A stretch of DNA of 64,000 nt from positions 352,001-416,000 of the forward strand of contig CAVRBU010000003.1 of the NCBI GenBank assembly GCA_963719315.1, in the 5' to 3' direction. The notes under the pieces were generated by a model. The model had not been told where the DNA came from, ran no database searches, and saw nothing but the letters and a program-made list of their open reading frames with translations. Numbering within the stretch: the stretch's first letter is position 1; each line of letters begins with the position of its first letter. The position numbers were made by a program, and so were the translations under genes. This document shows, piece by piece, positions 20,927 to 30,285 of the stretch. The DNA comes from an uncultured Planctomycetota bacterium (lineage in GTDB: Bacteria > Planctomycetota > Planctomycetia > Pirellulales > Lacipirellulaceae).

Positions 20927-21643
20927 TTAGACGCAGCTAGTGCGCCGAATTCTTCGACCTATCAGCAGCGTGCCGCCGACCAACCATAGTCCTAGAGAGG
21001 CTGGCTCCGGAACGGGCACTCCGACGATGTTGCTGCCAGGCGTGGTATTAAACGAAAAAGTAACGGCAGTAATCGTCGATGAGGTGGTGACGCCAGAGAC
21101 ATTGAGCACAAAATCGGCGGATCCGCCCCAAAACGGATTGTGTGGACCGTTGCCGGCAATTGATCCATTGGCGGCGTCGTATTTTCCCGAACCACTATTT
21201 GGCGGGCCAATAACGCCATGCTTCGGTTGCCCGCCCGCACCCAGTCGATCCAAATGCAATTGGGCACCCGAAGTGAATAAACCCCAATCGACGACATTGA
21301 CCGATCCACTGTCGCTAAACGTGCCACCACTATTGACGGTCCGCTCGATTCCCGTCGTCGAAGTGATCGTGCCCGACGTTTGCCCGGTGCTGACAGTAAA
21401 GAATACGTCGTAGATTATTGATTTCGGGCTGGTGGGATCGGCTTGAAGATTCGTCAGATTGACATTGATCGTATCGGCCGAAGAAGTAAACCTGGCAATT
21501 GCATTAACTGGTTCGCCACCAATGTTATCGCCGGGACTGGTCTGATACTGAATTATTGCTGCAAGCGCCGCGGCATTGAGCAATCCGCTAATGACGAAAC
21601 CGAGGGCGATAATGGATACGAAGCGAGCGCGGCAAATCTTCAT
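20927..21643 (-). CDS. PEP-CTERM sorting-domain protein
   Basis: Signal peptide; C-terminal VPEPAS, hydrophobic helix and basic tail RRIRR. Confidence 0.85.
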   Translation of the reverse strand: MKICRARFVSIIALGFVISGLLNAAALAAIIQYQTSPGDNIGGEPVNAIARFTSSADTINVNLTNLQADPTSPKSIIYDVFFTVSTGQTSGTITSTTGIERTVNSGGTFSDSGSVNVVDWGLFTSGAQLHLDRLGAGGQPKHGVIGPPNSGSGKYDAANGSIAGNGPHNPFWGGSADFVLNVSGVTTSSTITAVTFSFNTTPGSNIVGVPVPEPASLGLWLVGGTLLIGRRIRRTSCV

Positions 21644-21974
21644 GGTTGCATCCTCAAGGTTGTTCTGAACTGCCGAGTCGCTGGCTCAACAATCTTGTCT
21701 CACGAGCATTTCAAACGAAGTAAGCTAGAAAAATACCGATTTGGATCGAGTCGAGAGCCGATCCAGGAATACAGCAACCGCCATTATAGCGGGGAGCCTG
21801 CCCCCATCAACTTCCAAGTGAATTTTTTCCAATTTTTTGCCGAAAGTCTCGGATTATTGGCTAGTGCGGCCTTCGCGCCGGAGCTGCGTAATACCGACGG
21901 CGGTGGCATTTCCAAGGTAACTAGCTAGAATAGAATACTCGTTCAGGCGGTCTCCGAGATCAATCTGCGCTGTC

Positions 21975-24900
21975 ATGATCGACATCGACCGCCTTCGATC
22001 TTGTCTCGACGACGCCCAAACGGCTGAGCCATGGTTGCGATCGCTGTGCGTGGCCAACTTGCCGGCTGCGCGATCGAACTTCCAGCGGATGGCCGACAAT
22101 GGCGTCACGCTGGACCTCCTTACGCAGATCAGCGAGCAATTCGCCGCTGCCGCGTCCACGCTTGCCGATCCGGACATGGCGATCAACAACCTGGAGCGAT
22201 TCATCGCGGCCTCGCGCAACCCGATGGCCACGGCCGCGCTGTTCGAACGCGATCCGGACGCTCTGCCCAATCTGCTGCAAATCTTTTCCGCCAGCCAGTA
22301 CCTCAGCGATCTATTGGTAGCCGACAAGGAAGCGTATGACCTGTTGCGGATGACCGAGGGTCAACCGGTTGCTCGCCTCGCGCTTGTCGAAGAGTTGGTC
22401 AACGAGATTCACGCGTTGCCCAACTACAACGAAGTCCTGGCTTCATTGCGGCGATTCAAGCGTCGCGAGACGCTGCGGATTGCCTACGGAGATATCGTTC
22501 GCAATCAACCGGTGTATACGGTCGTGCGACAGGTTTCGTACCTGGCCGACGCGATCGTCGAAGCGGCGCTCGATTTCGCCCGCCGCCACTTGCAGGAGCA
22601 GTACGGGCAGCCGTTGCGGTCAGACGGCGAGCGGAGTTGGTTTGTCGTGCTCGGCCTCGGCAAACTGGGCGGTATCGAGTTGAATTATTCGAGCGACATC
22701 GACCTGATCTTTCTGTACGAGCAGGACGGCCAGACCGATGCGCGTCGGACCGTGAGCAACCAGGAATACTTCGAACGCCTTTCAAAAGAAGTCGTGCGAT
22801 TGCTCACCGAAACGACCGACTTGGGCGCGGCCTACCGCGTTGACTTGCGACTGCGGCCCGAGGGTTCTCACGGCCCGATTTGCATGAGCTTCGACAACAC
22901 GCTGTCGTATTACGACGTGAAAGGCCGGACTTGGGAGCGGCAGGCATTCGTAAAGGCCCGGCCGATCGCCGGCGATCGTGACTTGGGCCGCGAACTGCTT
23001 AAACGGCTGGAACCGTGGATCTATCGCAAATATCTTAGCCTGGCCGACATCACGGGCATCAAGTCGCTCAAGCGGCGGATCGAGCACGGCACGGAGCGCG
23101 ACGGCGGCGAGTTGCGCAATGTGAAGACGGGTCATGGCGGTATTCGCGATATCGAATTCGTCATTCAATTCTTGCAACTCCTCAATGGCGACGCGCTGCC
23201 GGAGGTGCGGACCGGCAATACACTGGACGCGATCGCCCGGCTCGAAAAGGCCGGCTCGCTTACGCCGGACGAACGGACCAAGCTCGAAGACAATTACAAC
23301 CTGCTGCGAAAGCTCGAACATCGGCTGCAGATCATGTTCGATCTGAAAACGCACATGCTGCCAGAGGATCGCGCCGAGTTGGGCCGCGTCGCGGTGCGGA
23401 TGGGTTACACCGGCACGCGGCAACATTCGGCGCTGCAAGTGTTTCGAGAAGACTACGCGCGTCGCACCCGGCAAAACCGCGAGATGCTCGATCATTTGCT
23501 CCATAATGCCTTTCCTGGTGATGCTGCCGCGGAGCCGGAGGTTGATCTCATCAACGATCCGGACCCGCCGCCGGAACGGATCCAGGAAGTGCTGGGTCGT
23601 TATCCGTATGCGGACGTGCCGACCGCGTATCACAACCTGATGGCGCTCGCGACGGAGAAGATTCGCTTTCTCTCTACCCGTCGCTGCCGGCATTTTCTGG
23701 CCGCGATAGCTCCGCGGCTGATCGCCGCGATCGCTCAAACGCCCGAACCCGATACGACGCTCGTCAACCTCAGCCGCGTCAGTGATTCGCTCGGCGGGAA
23801 GGCGGCGCTGTGGGAGCTGTTCAGCTTCAATCGCCCGTCGCTGGATCTGTACGTGCGGCTGTGCGCCGCCTGCCCGTATCTGGCCGGCATCCTGACCAGC
23901 AACCCCGGCATGATCGACGAGTTGATGGACAGCCTGCTGGTCGAGCACCTGCCCACGCTCGCGATCTTGGAGGAATCGCTGGCCGAGTTGTGCAAGGGAG
24001 CCGAGAACATCGATCCGATCCTGCACAGCTTCAAGAACTCTCAGCATTTGCGGGTCGGCGTGCGCGACGTTGTCGGCAAGGATGACATTCGTTCGACGCA
24101 TGCGGCGCTCGCCGACATCGCCGAGGTGTCGCTCAAGCAAATCGCCGAGCGGGAGTACGTCAAACTGGTCGATAAGTACGGTTTCCCTAAAATCGTTCGG
24201 CCTAGCGAAGCAGACCTGGCCAATGAAATCAGCCGCGGGATTTGGTCGCGCTTCGATGATCGCGAGGGAGACACTTGCGAGCCAGTCGTTCTGGCCCTCG
24301 GCAAACTGGGCGGGCGCGAGCCAAATTATCATAGCGACCTCGATCTCATCTTCCTGTTCGAAGCGAGCGGCCACACCACGGGGCGTAACCGGGAAGCGAA
24401 CGGCGGCACGATCAACAGCCACTTCTTCAGCGAGTTCGGCCAGCGGCTGATTCGCGTGAGCAACGCACTCGGCCCGTTTGGCCGGCTGTACGAAGTCGAC
24501 GCCCGTCTGCGTCCCACCGGCAAGAGCGGGGCGCTGGCCGTGTCGTTCGATACTTTTGCCCGTTACTTCGCCGAAGGCCCGGCACAACTGTGGGAGCGGC
24601 AAGCTCTGTGCAAGGCGCGGCCCGTGATCGGGAACGCCGAGGCCAGCCAACATGCGATGGAGATCGTAGCGGCGGCTGCCTTCAGCAAGCCATGGCGGCC
24701 GGAGTTCGCCAGCGAGATTCGCCAGATGCGCGAGCGGTTGGAAGAAGGCGCGTCCAAGCGCAACCTCAAACGCGGCCCCGGCGGCACGGTGGACACCGAG
24801 TTCATGGTGCAAATGCTGCAACTCAAACACGGCGGCGGCGACACATCGATTCGCACACCGGGCACACTCGACGCGCTCACCGCCCTCGAAAAGCGCGGCT

Positions 24901-25148
24901 ATCTTTCAAGCGATGATGCCGAATACTTCAGCGGCAGTTACCGCTTCCAACGAAGCATTGAAGCCCGCATCCGGCTGATGGACGCCGCCGGCCGGCACGA
25001 ACTGCCGGAAAGCGAGCGCGATCTCGCCAAGCTCGCGTATCTGCTCGGCTACTCGAACCCACAAGCACTTGTCGCCGAAGCCGAGCGGACGTTCGCCGAG
25101 AATCGCGCTCGGTTCAATCGCATCTTCGACGCGGCCGAGAGCACGTAG
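21975..25148 (+). CDS. glnE: Bifunctional glutamine synthetase adenylyltransferase / adenylyl-removing enzyme
   Basis: Two nucleotidyltransferase repeats: GKLGGIELNYSSDIDL/VDLRLRPEG and GKLGGREPNYHSDLDL/VDARLRPTG. Confidence 0.95.
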   Translation: MIDIDRLRSCLDDAQTAEPWLRSLCVANLPAARSNFQRMADNGVTLDLLTQISEQFAAAASTLADPDMAINNLERFIAASRNPMATAALFERDPDALPNLLQIFSASQYLSDLLVADKEAYDLLRMTEGQPVARLALVEELVNEIHALPNYNEVLASLRRFKRRETLRIAYGDIVRNQPVYTVVRQVSYLADAIVEAALDFARRHLQEQYGQPLRSDGERSWFVVLGLGKLGGIELNYSSDIDLIFLYEQDGQTDARRTVSNQEYFERLSKEVVRLLTETTDLGAAYRVDLRLRPEGSHGPICMSFDNTLSYYDVKGRTWERQAFVKARPIAGDRDLGRELLKRLEPWIYRKYLSLADITGIKSLKRRIEHGTERDGGELRNVKTGHGGIRDIEFVIQFLQLLNGDALPEVRTGNTLDAIARLEKAGSLTPDERTKLEDNYNLLRKLEHRLQIMFDLKTHMLPEDRAELGRVAVRMGYTGTRQHSALQVFREDYARRTRQNREMLDHLLHNAFPGDAAAEPEVDLINDPDPPPERIQEVLGRYPYADVPTAYHNLMALATEKIRFLSTRRCRHFLAAIAPRLIAAIAQTPEPDTTLVNLSRVSDSLGGKAALWELFSFNRPSLDLYVRLCAACPYLAGILTSNPGMIDELMDSLLVEHLPTLAILEESLAELCKGAENIDPILHSFKNSQHLRVGVRDVVGKDDIRSTHAALADIAEVSLKQIAEREYVKLVDKYGFPKIVRPSEADLANEISRGIWSRFDDREGDTCEPVVLALGKLGGREPNYHSDLDLIFLFEASGHTTGRNREANGGTINSHFFSEFGQRLIRVSNALGPFGRLYEVDARLRPTGKSGALAVSFDTFARYFAEGPAQLWERQALCKARPVIGNAEASQHAMEIVAAAAFSKPWRPEFASEIRQMRERLEEGASKRNLKRGPGGTVDTEFMVQMLQLKHGGGDTSIRTPGTLDALTALEKRGYLSSDDAEYFSGSYRFQRSIEARIRLMDAAGRHELPESERDLAKLAYLLGYSNPQALVAEAERTFAENRARFNRIFDAAEST

Positions 25149-25155
25149 ACGCCGC

Positions 25156-25275
25156 AATGTAGTAGGCACACTCCGTATGCCGTAACTGAAGCGGTGCTCG
25201 TTCTGCCAGGCCGGTTGGTATTGGCGGCGGTTATTGGGGTTCTGTTACGGCACGGCGGAGCGTGCCTGCTACATT
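25156..25275. repeat. GTAG-type REP doublet between convergent glnE and fmt
   Basis: aatgtagtaggcacactccgtatgccgtaac ... gttacggcacggcggagcgtgcctgctacatt. Confidence 0.75.
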
Positions 25276-26225
25276 GGGGCGTAGCCGAAGCGGTCGCCGA
25301 TGTTTACGCGGTGGCCGCGAAGGAAATCGGTGGCCGGCATGGAGCGTTTGCCGGCGGGTTGCAGCTCGAAGATTTCAAGGATGCCGTCGCAGGTGGCGAT
25401 GAGGAGTTGGTCGGCCGCTGCGAGAACGGTGCCTGGCGCGGCACATCCCGAGGCGATGCCGGCTGATGACGGCACGACCGACACTCGGTCGACGTTCAAC
25501 CGTAGCGGCTCGCCCTGGCGGCGATGCCAGAACGTGAATGCCCGCGGCCAGGGACGCAGGCCGCGAACTTGGTTCTTTATTACCTGTGCGGGGCGCGACC
25601 AGTTGATGGAACCCTGCTCTTTTTTTAGGCGCGGCGCTTTCGAGAATTGGTCTTTGTCTTGGGCGATCGGTTGTGAAGTGCCGGATTCGAGTTCGTCGAT
25701 GATGCGTAGCACGAGCTCCGCGCCCATGTCGGCGAGGCGGGCTTCGAGTTGGCCGGCGTCTTCTTCGGGATCGATCGGCATGCGCTGTTGGCCAAGGCAG
25801 GGGCCGGCGTCGAGGCCGGGCGTCATTTGGATGACGCTGTTTCCGGTTTCGGCATCGCCGTTGAGGATGGCCCATTGCACGGGGGCAGCGCCACGATATT
25901 TGGGTAGGAGCGACCCATGCAGATTGATGCCGCCCAGGCGGGCGGTGGCGAGTGTTTCGGGGCGAAGGATTTCGCCGTAATCGCAGACGACGAGCAAGTC
26001 GGCATTAAGCGCGTCGAGGCGGGATTGGGAGCCGGGGGCGTTGACCGTGTCGGGGGACCAAATGGAAAGGTTGAGCGATTCGCCCGCCCGCTGAAGCGGG
26101 CTCGCCTCGCGCGTGCGTGACGTAGCGGGGCGTGTGACGACGAGGGCAATTTCGTGACGGGAGGCGGCGAGCGCACGCAGTGTGGGGACGGCGAACGGGC
26201 CGGTGCCTAGCATAATGAGACGCAT
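25269..26225 (-). CDS. fmt: Methionyl-tRNA formyltransferase
   Basis: MRLIMLGTGPFAVPTL and INLHGSLLPKYRGAAPVQWAI; adjacent to def. Confidence 0.95.
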   Translation of the reverse strand: MRLIMLGTGPFAVPTLRALAASRHEIALVVTRPATSRTREASPLQRAGESLNLSIWSPDTVNAPGSQSRLDALNADLLVVCDYGEILRPETLATARLGGINLHGSLLPKYRGAAPVQWAILNGDAETGNSVIQMTPGLDAGPCLGQQRMPIDPEEDAGQLEARLADMGAELVLRIIDELESGTSQPIAQDKDQFSKAPRLKKEQGSINWSRPAQVIKNQVRGLRPWPRAFTFWHRRQGEPLRLNVDRVSVVPSSAGIASGCAAPGTVLAAADQLLIATCDGILEIFELQPAGKRSMPATDFLRGHRVNIGDRFGYAPM

Positions 26226-26260
26226 GATACTGGGCTCCAGTCTGCGGGAGAAGAGATCGC

Positions 26261-26348
26261 AAATTGAAAATTGAAAATTGAAAAATGCAACTTGCAGAAA
26301 AATGGCTCGCCAATTTGCAAGTTGCATTTTTCAATGTGCATTTTCAAC
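26261..26348. repeat. AT-rich inverted heptamer repeats (AAATTGA / TTTTCAA)
   Basis: aaattgaaaattgaaaattgaaaaatgcaacttgca ... tgcaagttgcatttttcaatgtgcattttcaa. Confidence 0.75.
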
Positions 26349-26378
26349 ATCCGCATTGTGAGTTTCGGAAAAACTCGC

Positions 26379-26966
26379 CTACGTGCGAAGGCGCTCTAGC
26401 TCTTCGAGGCGAGTCGTCATTTTGAGGTAATCCGGGAGTTCGCCGGTTTCTATTTTGCTGTCGAAGGCAAGTTCGAACTCTTCCAATTGATCGCGGATGG
26501 CGGCCGCGTGGGCTGGGCCGAGGCGGTCGATGAACAACGTGCCATCGAGATGATCGGTTTCGTGCTGTGCGATGCGGGCCATGAAATCATTGAGCTCGAC
26601 CGAGATTTCATTGCCTTCCAGGTCGTACGCCTGAATCTTGATCGTTGCGTTGCGGGTAACGGGCGCGCGAATGCCCGGAATGCTGAGGCAGCCTTCTTCA
26701 TCCTCTTCGAGCCCGCGACCAACGCTAAGCACGGGATTGATGTACACGCCTTCCAGTTCGCGGGCGTCGGCGCTGCCTTCGGGATTGGCCACGAACAGGC
26801 GATAGGGCAGATCGACCTGGTTGGCGGCGAGGCCGACGCCTTCATGCTCGTACATCAAATCGAACATCTGGGCGACGATTTTTCGCAGTTCGGCGTCGAC
26901 CCGCCGCAGGGGCTTCGAGCGGTGGCGGAGCGTCGGATGGGGGTATTGGATGATTTGGAGAGTCAC
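26379..26966 (-). CDS. def: Peptide deformylase
   Basis: GVGLAANQV, EGCLS, QHETDHLDG motifs. Confidence 0.97.
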   Translation of the reverse strand: MTLQIIQYPHPTLRHRSKPLRRVDAELRKIVAQMFDLMYEHEGVGLAANQVDLPYRLFVANPEGSADARELEGVYINPVLSVGRGLEEDEEGCLSIPGIRAPVTRNATIKIQAYDLEGNEISVELNDFMARIAQHETDHLDGTLFIDRLGPAHAAAIRDQLEEFELAFDSKIETGELPDYLKMTTRLEELERLRT

Positions 26967-27245
26967 AGCGAGAACCGGCAGTGGCGAAGCAAGGAAAGCA
27001 AGCTAGCGCGGCCACGCGGAGCGGTACGCTGCAAGCGTTGATTTACGATCGTGTCGCAAGGGATTATAGAACGTAAAACGCCGGCAGCGAAGCGTGATTG
27101 AGCGTTCGTCGAGCTTTCCGACCGGACCTTGTGCCGGCGGAGGTTTTCGGGCTGAAGCCCGACCTACGGTGTTTCCGCTCGCGTTGACCCGGAATAGGGC
27201 CAGCGCGAGAATTGCGCGGGGGGAGCGGCCCAGTCGGCGATCCGT

Positions 27246-28238
27246 ATGGCAAGCTATTCAACACAAGCTGCGCCGAGGCCCGAGCGGTCGCTGCCCGCGT
27301 GGGGGTTTTCGGTCCTGTGCCACGGATCGGCGCTCCTGCTCTTGGCCGTTGTGATACGACCCTGGCCAAAGGGTGCGGGCGATCAAGCCAATGGTTCGAT
27401 TGGCATTGTGCTGAATAGTTCCAGCGCCGAAGGCGATTTACATGCCGGCGACGAGGGTCAGGGCGAGAGCGCGCCTAGCCTGGAAGAGGTCCTTGAGCCG
27501 CCGGCATTGATTGCGCCGCCAACTCAGCCTGAGACAGTTCCAACCGTTCGTCGCGATGCAGCGGGGAGTGCGCCGGTCAAGCTGGCGGCGGCGCCGGTTG
27601 GACAGCCAAGCGAAGAGCAGTCGAACGGGCGTCCAGCGGGCGGCGACATCGGTCGAAGCGGTTCGCCGGGCGGCACGGGTAACGCGAAAGTCAGCGTGTT
27701 CGGCGTCGAGGGCAAAGGAAGCAAGTTCGTGTACTTGTTCGATCGCTCGGCCAGCATGGAAGGTCCGCCGCTGACGGCCGCAAAGAAGCAATTGCTCGAC
27801 AGCTTGCGGTCGCTCGACAGCCTCCATCAATTTCAGATTATCTTTTTCAATTCGACGACGCGGGTGTTCGATGCCACGGGCGGCGGCCATCGGGTCGCGT
27901 TTGCCACGGATCGCAACAAGCAGTTGGCCGCGAATTTCGTGGGCGGAATCACCGGCGACGGCGGCACCGATCGGATGGTCGCGCTTCGCCAGGCGCTCGG
28001 ATTCTCGCCGAACGTGATCTTTTTCTTGACCGACGCGGACGACCCGATGTCGACGAGCGAACTGGCTGAAATCACCCGCTTGAACCGACGCGCCCAGGCG
28101 GCAATTTGCGTCATCGAGTTCGGGCGCAAGCCGACGCCGACGAAGGATAATTTCCTGATGCAACTCGCGCGGGAGAGCGGCGGACAGTACGGGTATCTCG
28201 ACACCACGACATTGTCGCGTCCGGCTGGGCAACGCTAA
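27246..28238 (+). CDS. Membrane-anchored von Willebrand A domain protein
   Basis: TM helix, Pro/Gly-rich linker, MIDAS DRSASM, GGT and FLTD. Confidence 0.8.
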   Translation: MASYSTQAAPRPERSLPAWGFSVLCHGSALLLLAVVIRPWPKGAGDQANGSIGIVLNSSSAEGDLHAGDEGQGESAPSLEEVLEPPALIAPPTQPETVPTVRRDAAGSAPVKLAAAPVGQPSEEQSNGRPAGGDIGRSGSPGGTGNAKVSVFGVEGKGSKFVYLFDRSASMEGPPLTAAKKQLLDSLRSLDSLHQFQIIFFNSTTRVFDATGGGHRVAFATDRNKQLAANFVGGITGDGGTDRMVALRQALGFSPNVIFFLTDADDPMSTSELAEITRLNRRAQAAICVIEFGRKPTPTKDNFLMQLARESGGQYGYLDTTTLSRPAGQR

Positions 28239-28249
28239 CACAGGGTTCG

Positions 28250-28283
<34 letters not shown>

Positions 28284-28320
28284 ACGTTGTCGCGTAGCGA
28301 ATCATCGCCAAACAACTCGA

Positions 28321-28661
28321 TCAGCTTCCGGGTCGAAGAAAATCGGATAGCCGGATAAGCAATCGGTCGAGGCGTGCCGATGAGATACGGCCGATTCGGC
28401 CTTTGAATTGTGCTCTCGGAAGGACGGCTAGAAAGCCCAGGCGAATTACCGATGCGGCTTTCAAATGGCTGGTGGGATAGTCCGAATCGCCTGGTCTGAT
28501 TGCCTCATCAAAATCCGCGACCGCGTGCTGGAGCTGTGTGCTTAAGCCGCAAACCAAAAAGTCCTGATAAGGCGGCATCCTCTTCAAAACCAAGACGGGA
28601 CGGTCCTTCATCAATCCATCCGTTGTCGCAATGCCGTAAGAAGAATATCTCCTTCCTTCAT
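28321..28661 (-). CDS. PemK/MazF-like toxin (frameshift near 28612)
   Basis: MKEGDILLT... then, in a shifted frame, DGLMKDRPVLVL...CGLST...LKAASVIR...IGRIS. Confidence 0.75.
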
Positions 28662-28879
28662 GGCACCACGTCCGCCACAGAGTACTCAGGTTCGGCCGTG
28701 TCATAAGCGCGAGCCAAGTTCTGCTTGCTCAATTCGATCCAAGATGCATGATCGTCGTCGCAGTTTCCGACCGGCGAAAGGATCGTCACGAGTAACTGAG
28801 CATTAGGCGGCAACTGGAACGGTTCATCGAGTTGAATGGAATGTCCATCGAAATGAGCTTTCAAACTAACTGCTGGCAT
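28658..28879 (-). CDS. Putative antitoxin
   Basis: 73-aa ORF (LKAHFDG..IQLDEP...EPEYS) overlapping the toxin start by ATGA. Confidence 0.65.
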   Translation of the reverse strand: MPAVSLKAHFDGHSIQLDEPFQLPPNAQLLVTILSPVGNCDDDHASWIELSKQNLARAYDTAEPEYSVADVVP

Positions 28880-29000
28880 GATTGGCCTCCATCGTGCAAC
28901 TGATAGTGACCATTATACATGCGAACGTACTCGGCCCCAGCCACCCTGAGGAAATCAAGGCACCCCACCCTGCCCTCTCCCAAGGGGAGAGGGATTTGAG

Positions 29001-29399
29001 TTACCACGGGCCGCGGACTGGGTAGACGCCGAACTGCGTCGTGTCGCTGGGCCAGATGGGTGTGGGACGGAACGGGCCGCCGAACGTGGCGTTGCCGGGG
29101 TAGTTGCGTTGGAATTGGTGGTCAATCCGCGAGATCCGCGAGCTGGCGACGCCCCAACCCCAGTTGGTTTGCAACTGGGCGGTCGGCGGTACGACGAGGG
29201 CCACGGGTTGGCCGTAGTCGGTGTACGCGTAGTTGCGATTCCAGTTGTAATACTGGGCGCGGCGAATCGGTTTCATGTAACCGGCATCGCAGCCGGTGGG
29301 TGTCCAGCAGTCCCAGGCGGTGGCGGTAGGAGCGGTGGCACTGAAGCTGCCGCAAGCCACGATGGCGGCGAAAATGGGTAAGGAAAGGCGGCGCAACAT
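29001..29399 (-). CDS. Small secreted Tyr/Trp/Pro-rich hypothetical protein
   Basis: GGAG RBS, signal peptide, aromatic-rich mature region. Confidence 0.75.
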   Translation of the reverse strand: MLRRLSLPIFAAIVACGSFSATAPTATAWDCWTPTGCDAGYMKPIRRAQYYNWNRNYAYTDYGQPVALVVPPTAQLQTNWGWGVASSRISRIDHQFQRNYPGNATFGGPFRPTPIWPSDTTQFGVYPVRGPW

Positions 29400-29507
29400 A
29401 GGAATCTCCGGTGGGAGCTAAGCCGCAAGCGATGTAGATTGCGGGTCAGCAGTAAATGGCGGGGTGTTTCTGGCTCTCGACTCTCGACCTTTGGCCCTCG
29501 ACTCTTC

Positions 29508-29963
29508 CTAGAACCGAACGCCGGGGTAGAAGAAGTCGTTGTGCAAGGCCCAGATGTTGTTGCTCATCGGATAGCGCAAGTCGAAGAGGTTTTCTTGGCA
29601 GCGGAGGCCGCAGGTGCCGTAGCGGACATTCGTGCGTCGCCAGCCGGCGCCCGGGTTGTAGGTGTAGTACGACCGTTCGTGCTTGTAGAGATACTCGTGC
29701 GGCATGAACGGCTGGTAGGTGACATAGGTGTGGCCGACAAACGCCGGCACGGGGCGTGGCGAGACGTACATCTGCGCAGCGGCGCCGTTGTACGGGCCGG
29801 GCTGGGCGTAATAGTTGTAGAACAGGTCTTTCTGTTGCTGGTAGCTGATGTGTCGCTTGCCATCCCAACCGGGTTGCTCGAACGCAGCAGCATTCGACGG
29901 GATGACAGACAGCACGGCGAGGGCCAGAACGGCCAAACTGAGTTTGTGCGATGTAAACCGCAT
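29508..29963 (-). CDS. Small secreted Tyr/Pro-rich hypothetical protein
   Basis: GGAGGT RBS before ATG 29963; signal peptide; DLFYNYY and YVTYQPFMPHEYLYKH. Confidence 0.75.
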   Translation of the reverse strand: MRFTSHKLSLAVLALAVLSVIPSNAAAFEQPGWDGKRHISYQQQKDLFYNYYAQPGPYNGAAAQMYVSPRPVPAFVGHTYVTYQPFMPHEYLYKHERSYYTYNPGAGWRRTNVRYGTCGLRCQENLFDLRYPMSNNIWALHNDFFYPGVRF

Positions 29964-30285
29964 CGGATTTACCTCCAACGGGATGAGTGTAGGCCTCCCG
30001 CTCCGCGAGAGGGTTTCTGCTCGCGGAGCGAGCAGACTACGCTGTGTTTTTTGTCGCAGCGGCAGGTGAGTTGGGTCGGGGCCGCCACTGGCAAGTTCTA
30101 TCAATGGTGTCGGCCAGCACCGGTGGAAGGGGTGAATCTTTGTGTAGCGGATAATCCAGATGCAAGTATTGTCCGGGCCCTAGCGTGTCAAAATGTGTCT
30201 GGGTCGGGCCGATTTTCGCGGGTATAATCGGCACGACCGTCAAAGATTAACACCACCGATCGATCGCACCTGTGGGAGAAGTAGG

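Noticed and set aside
22782..24830. 682-aa minus-strand ORF
   Set aside because: Antisense shadow of glnE.
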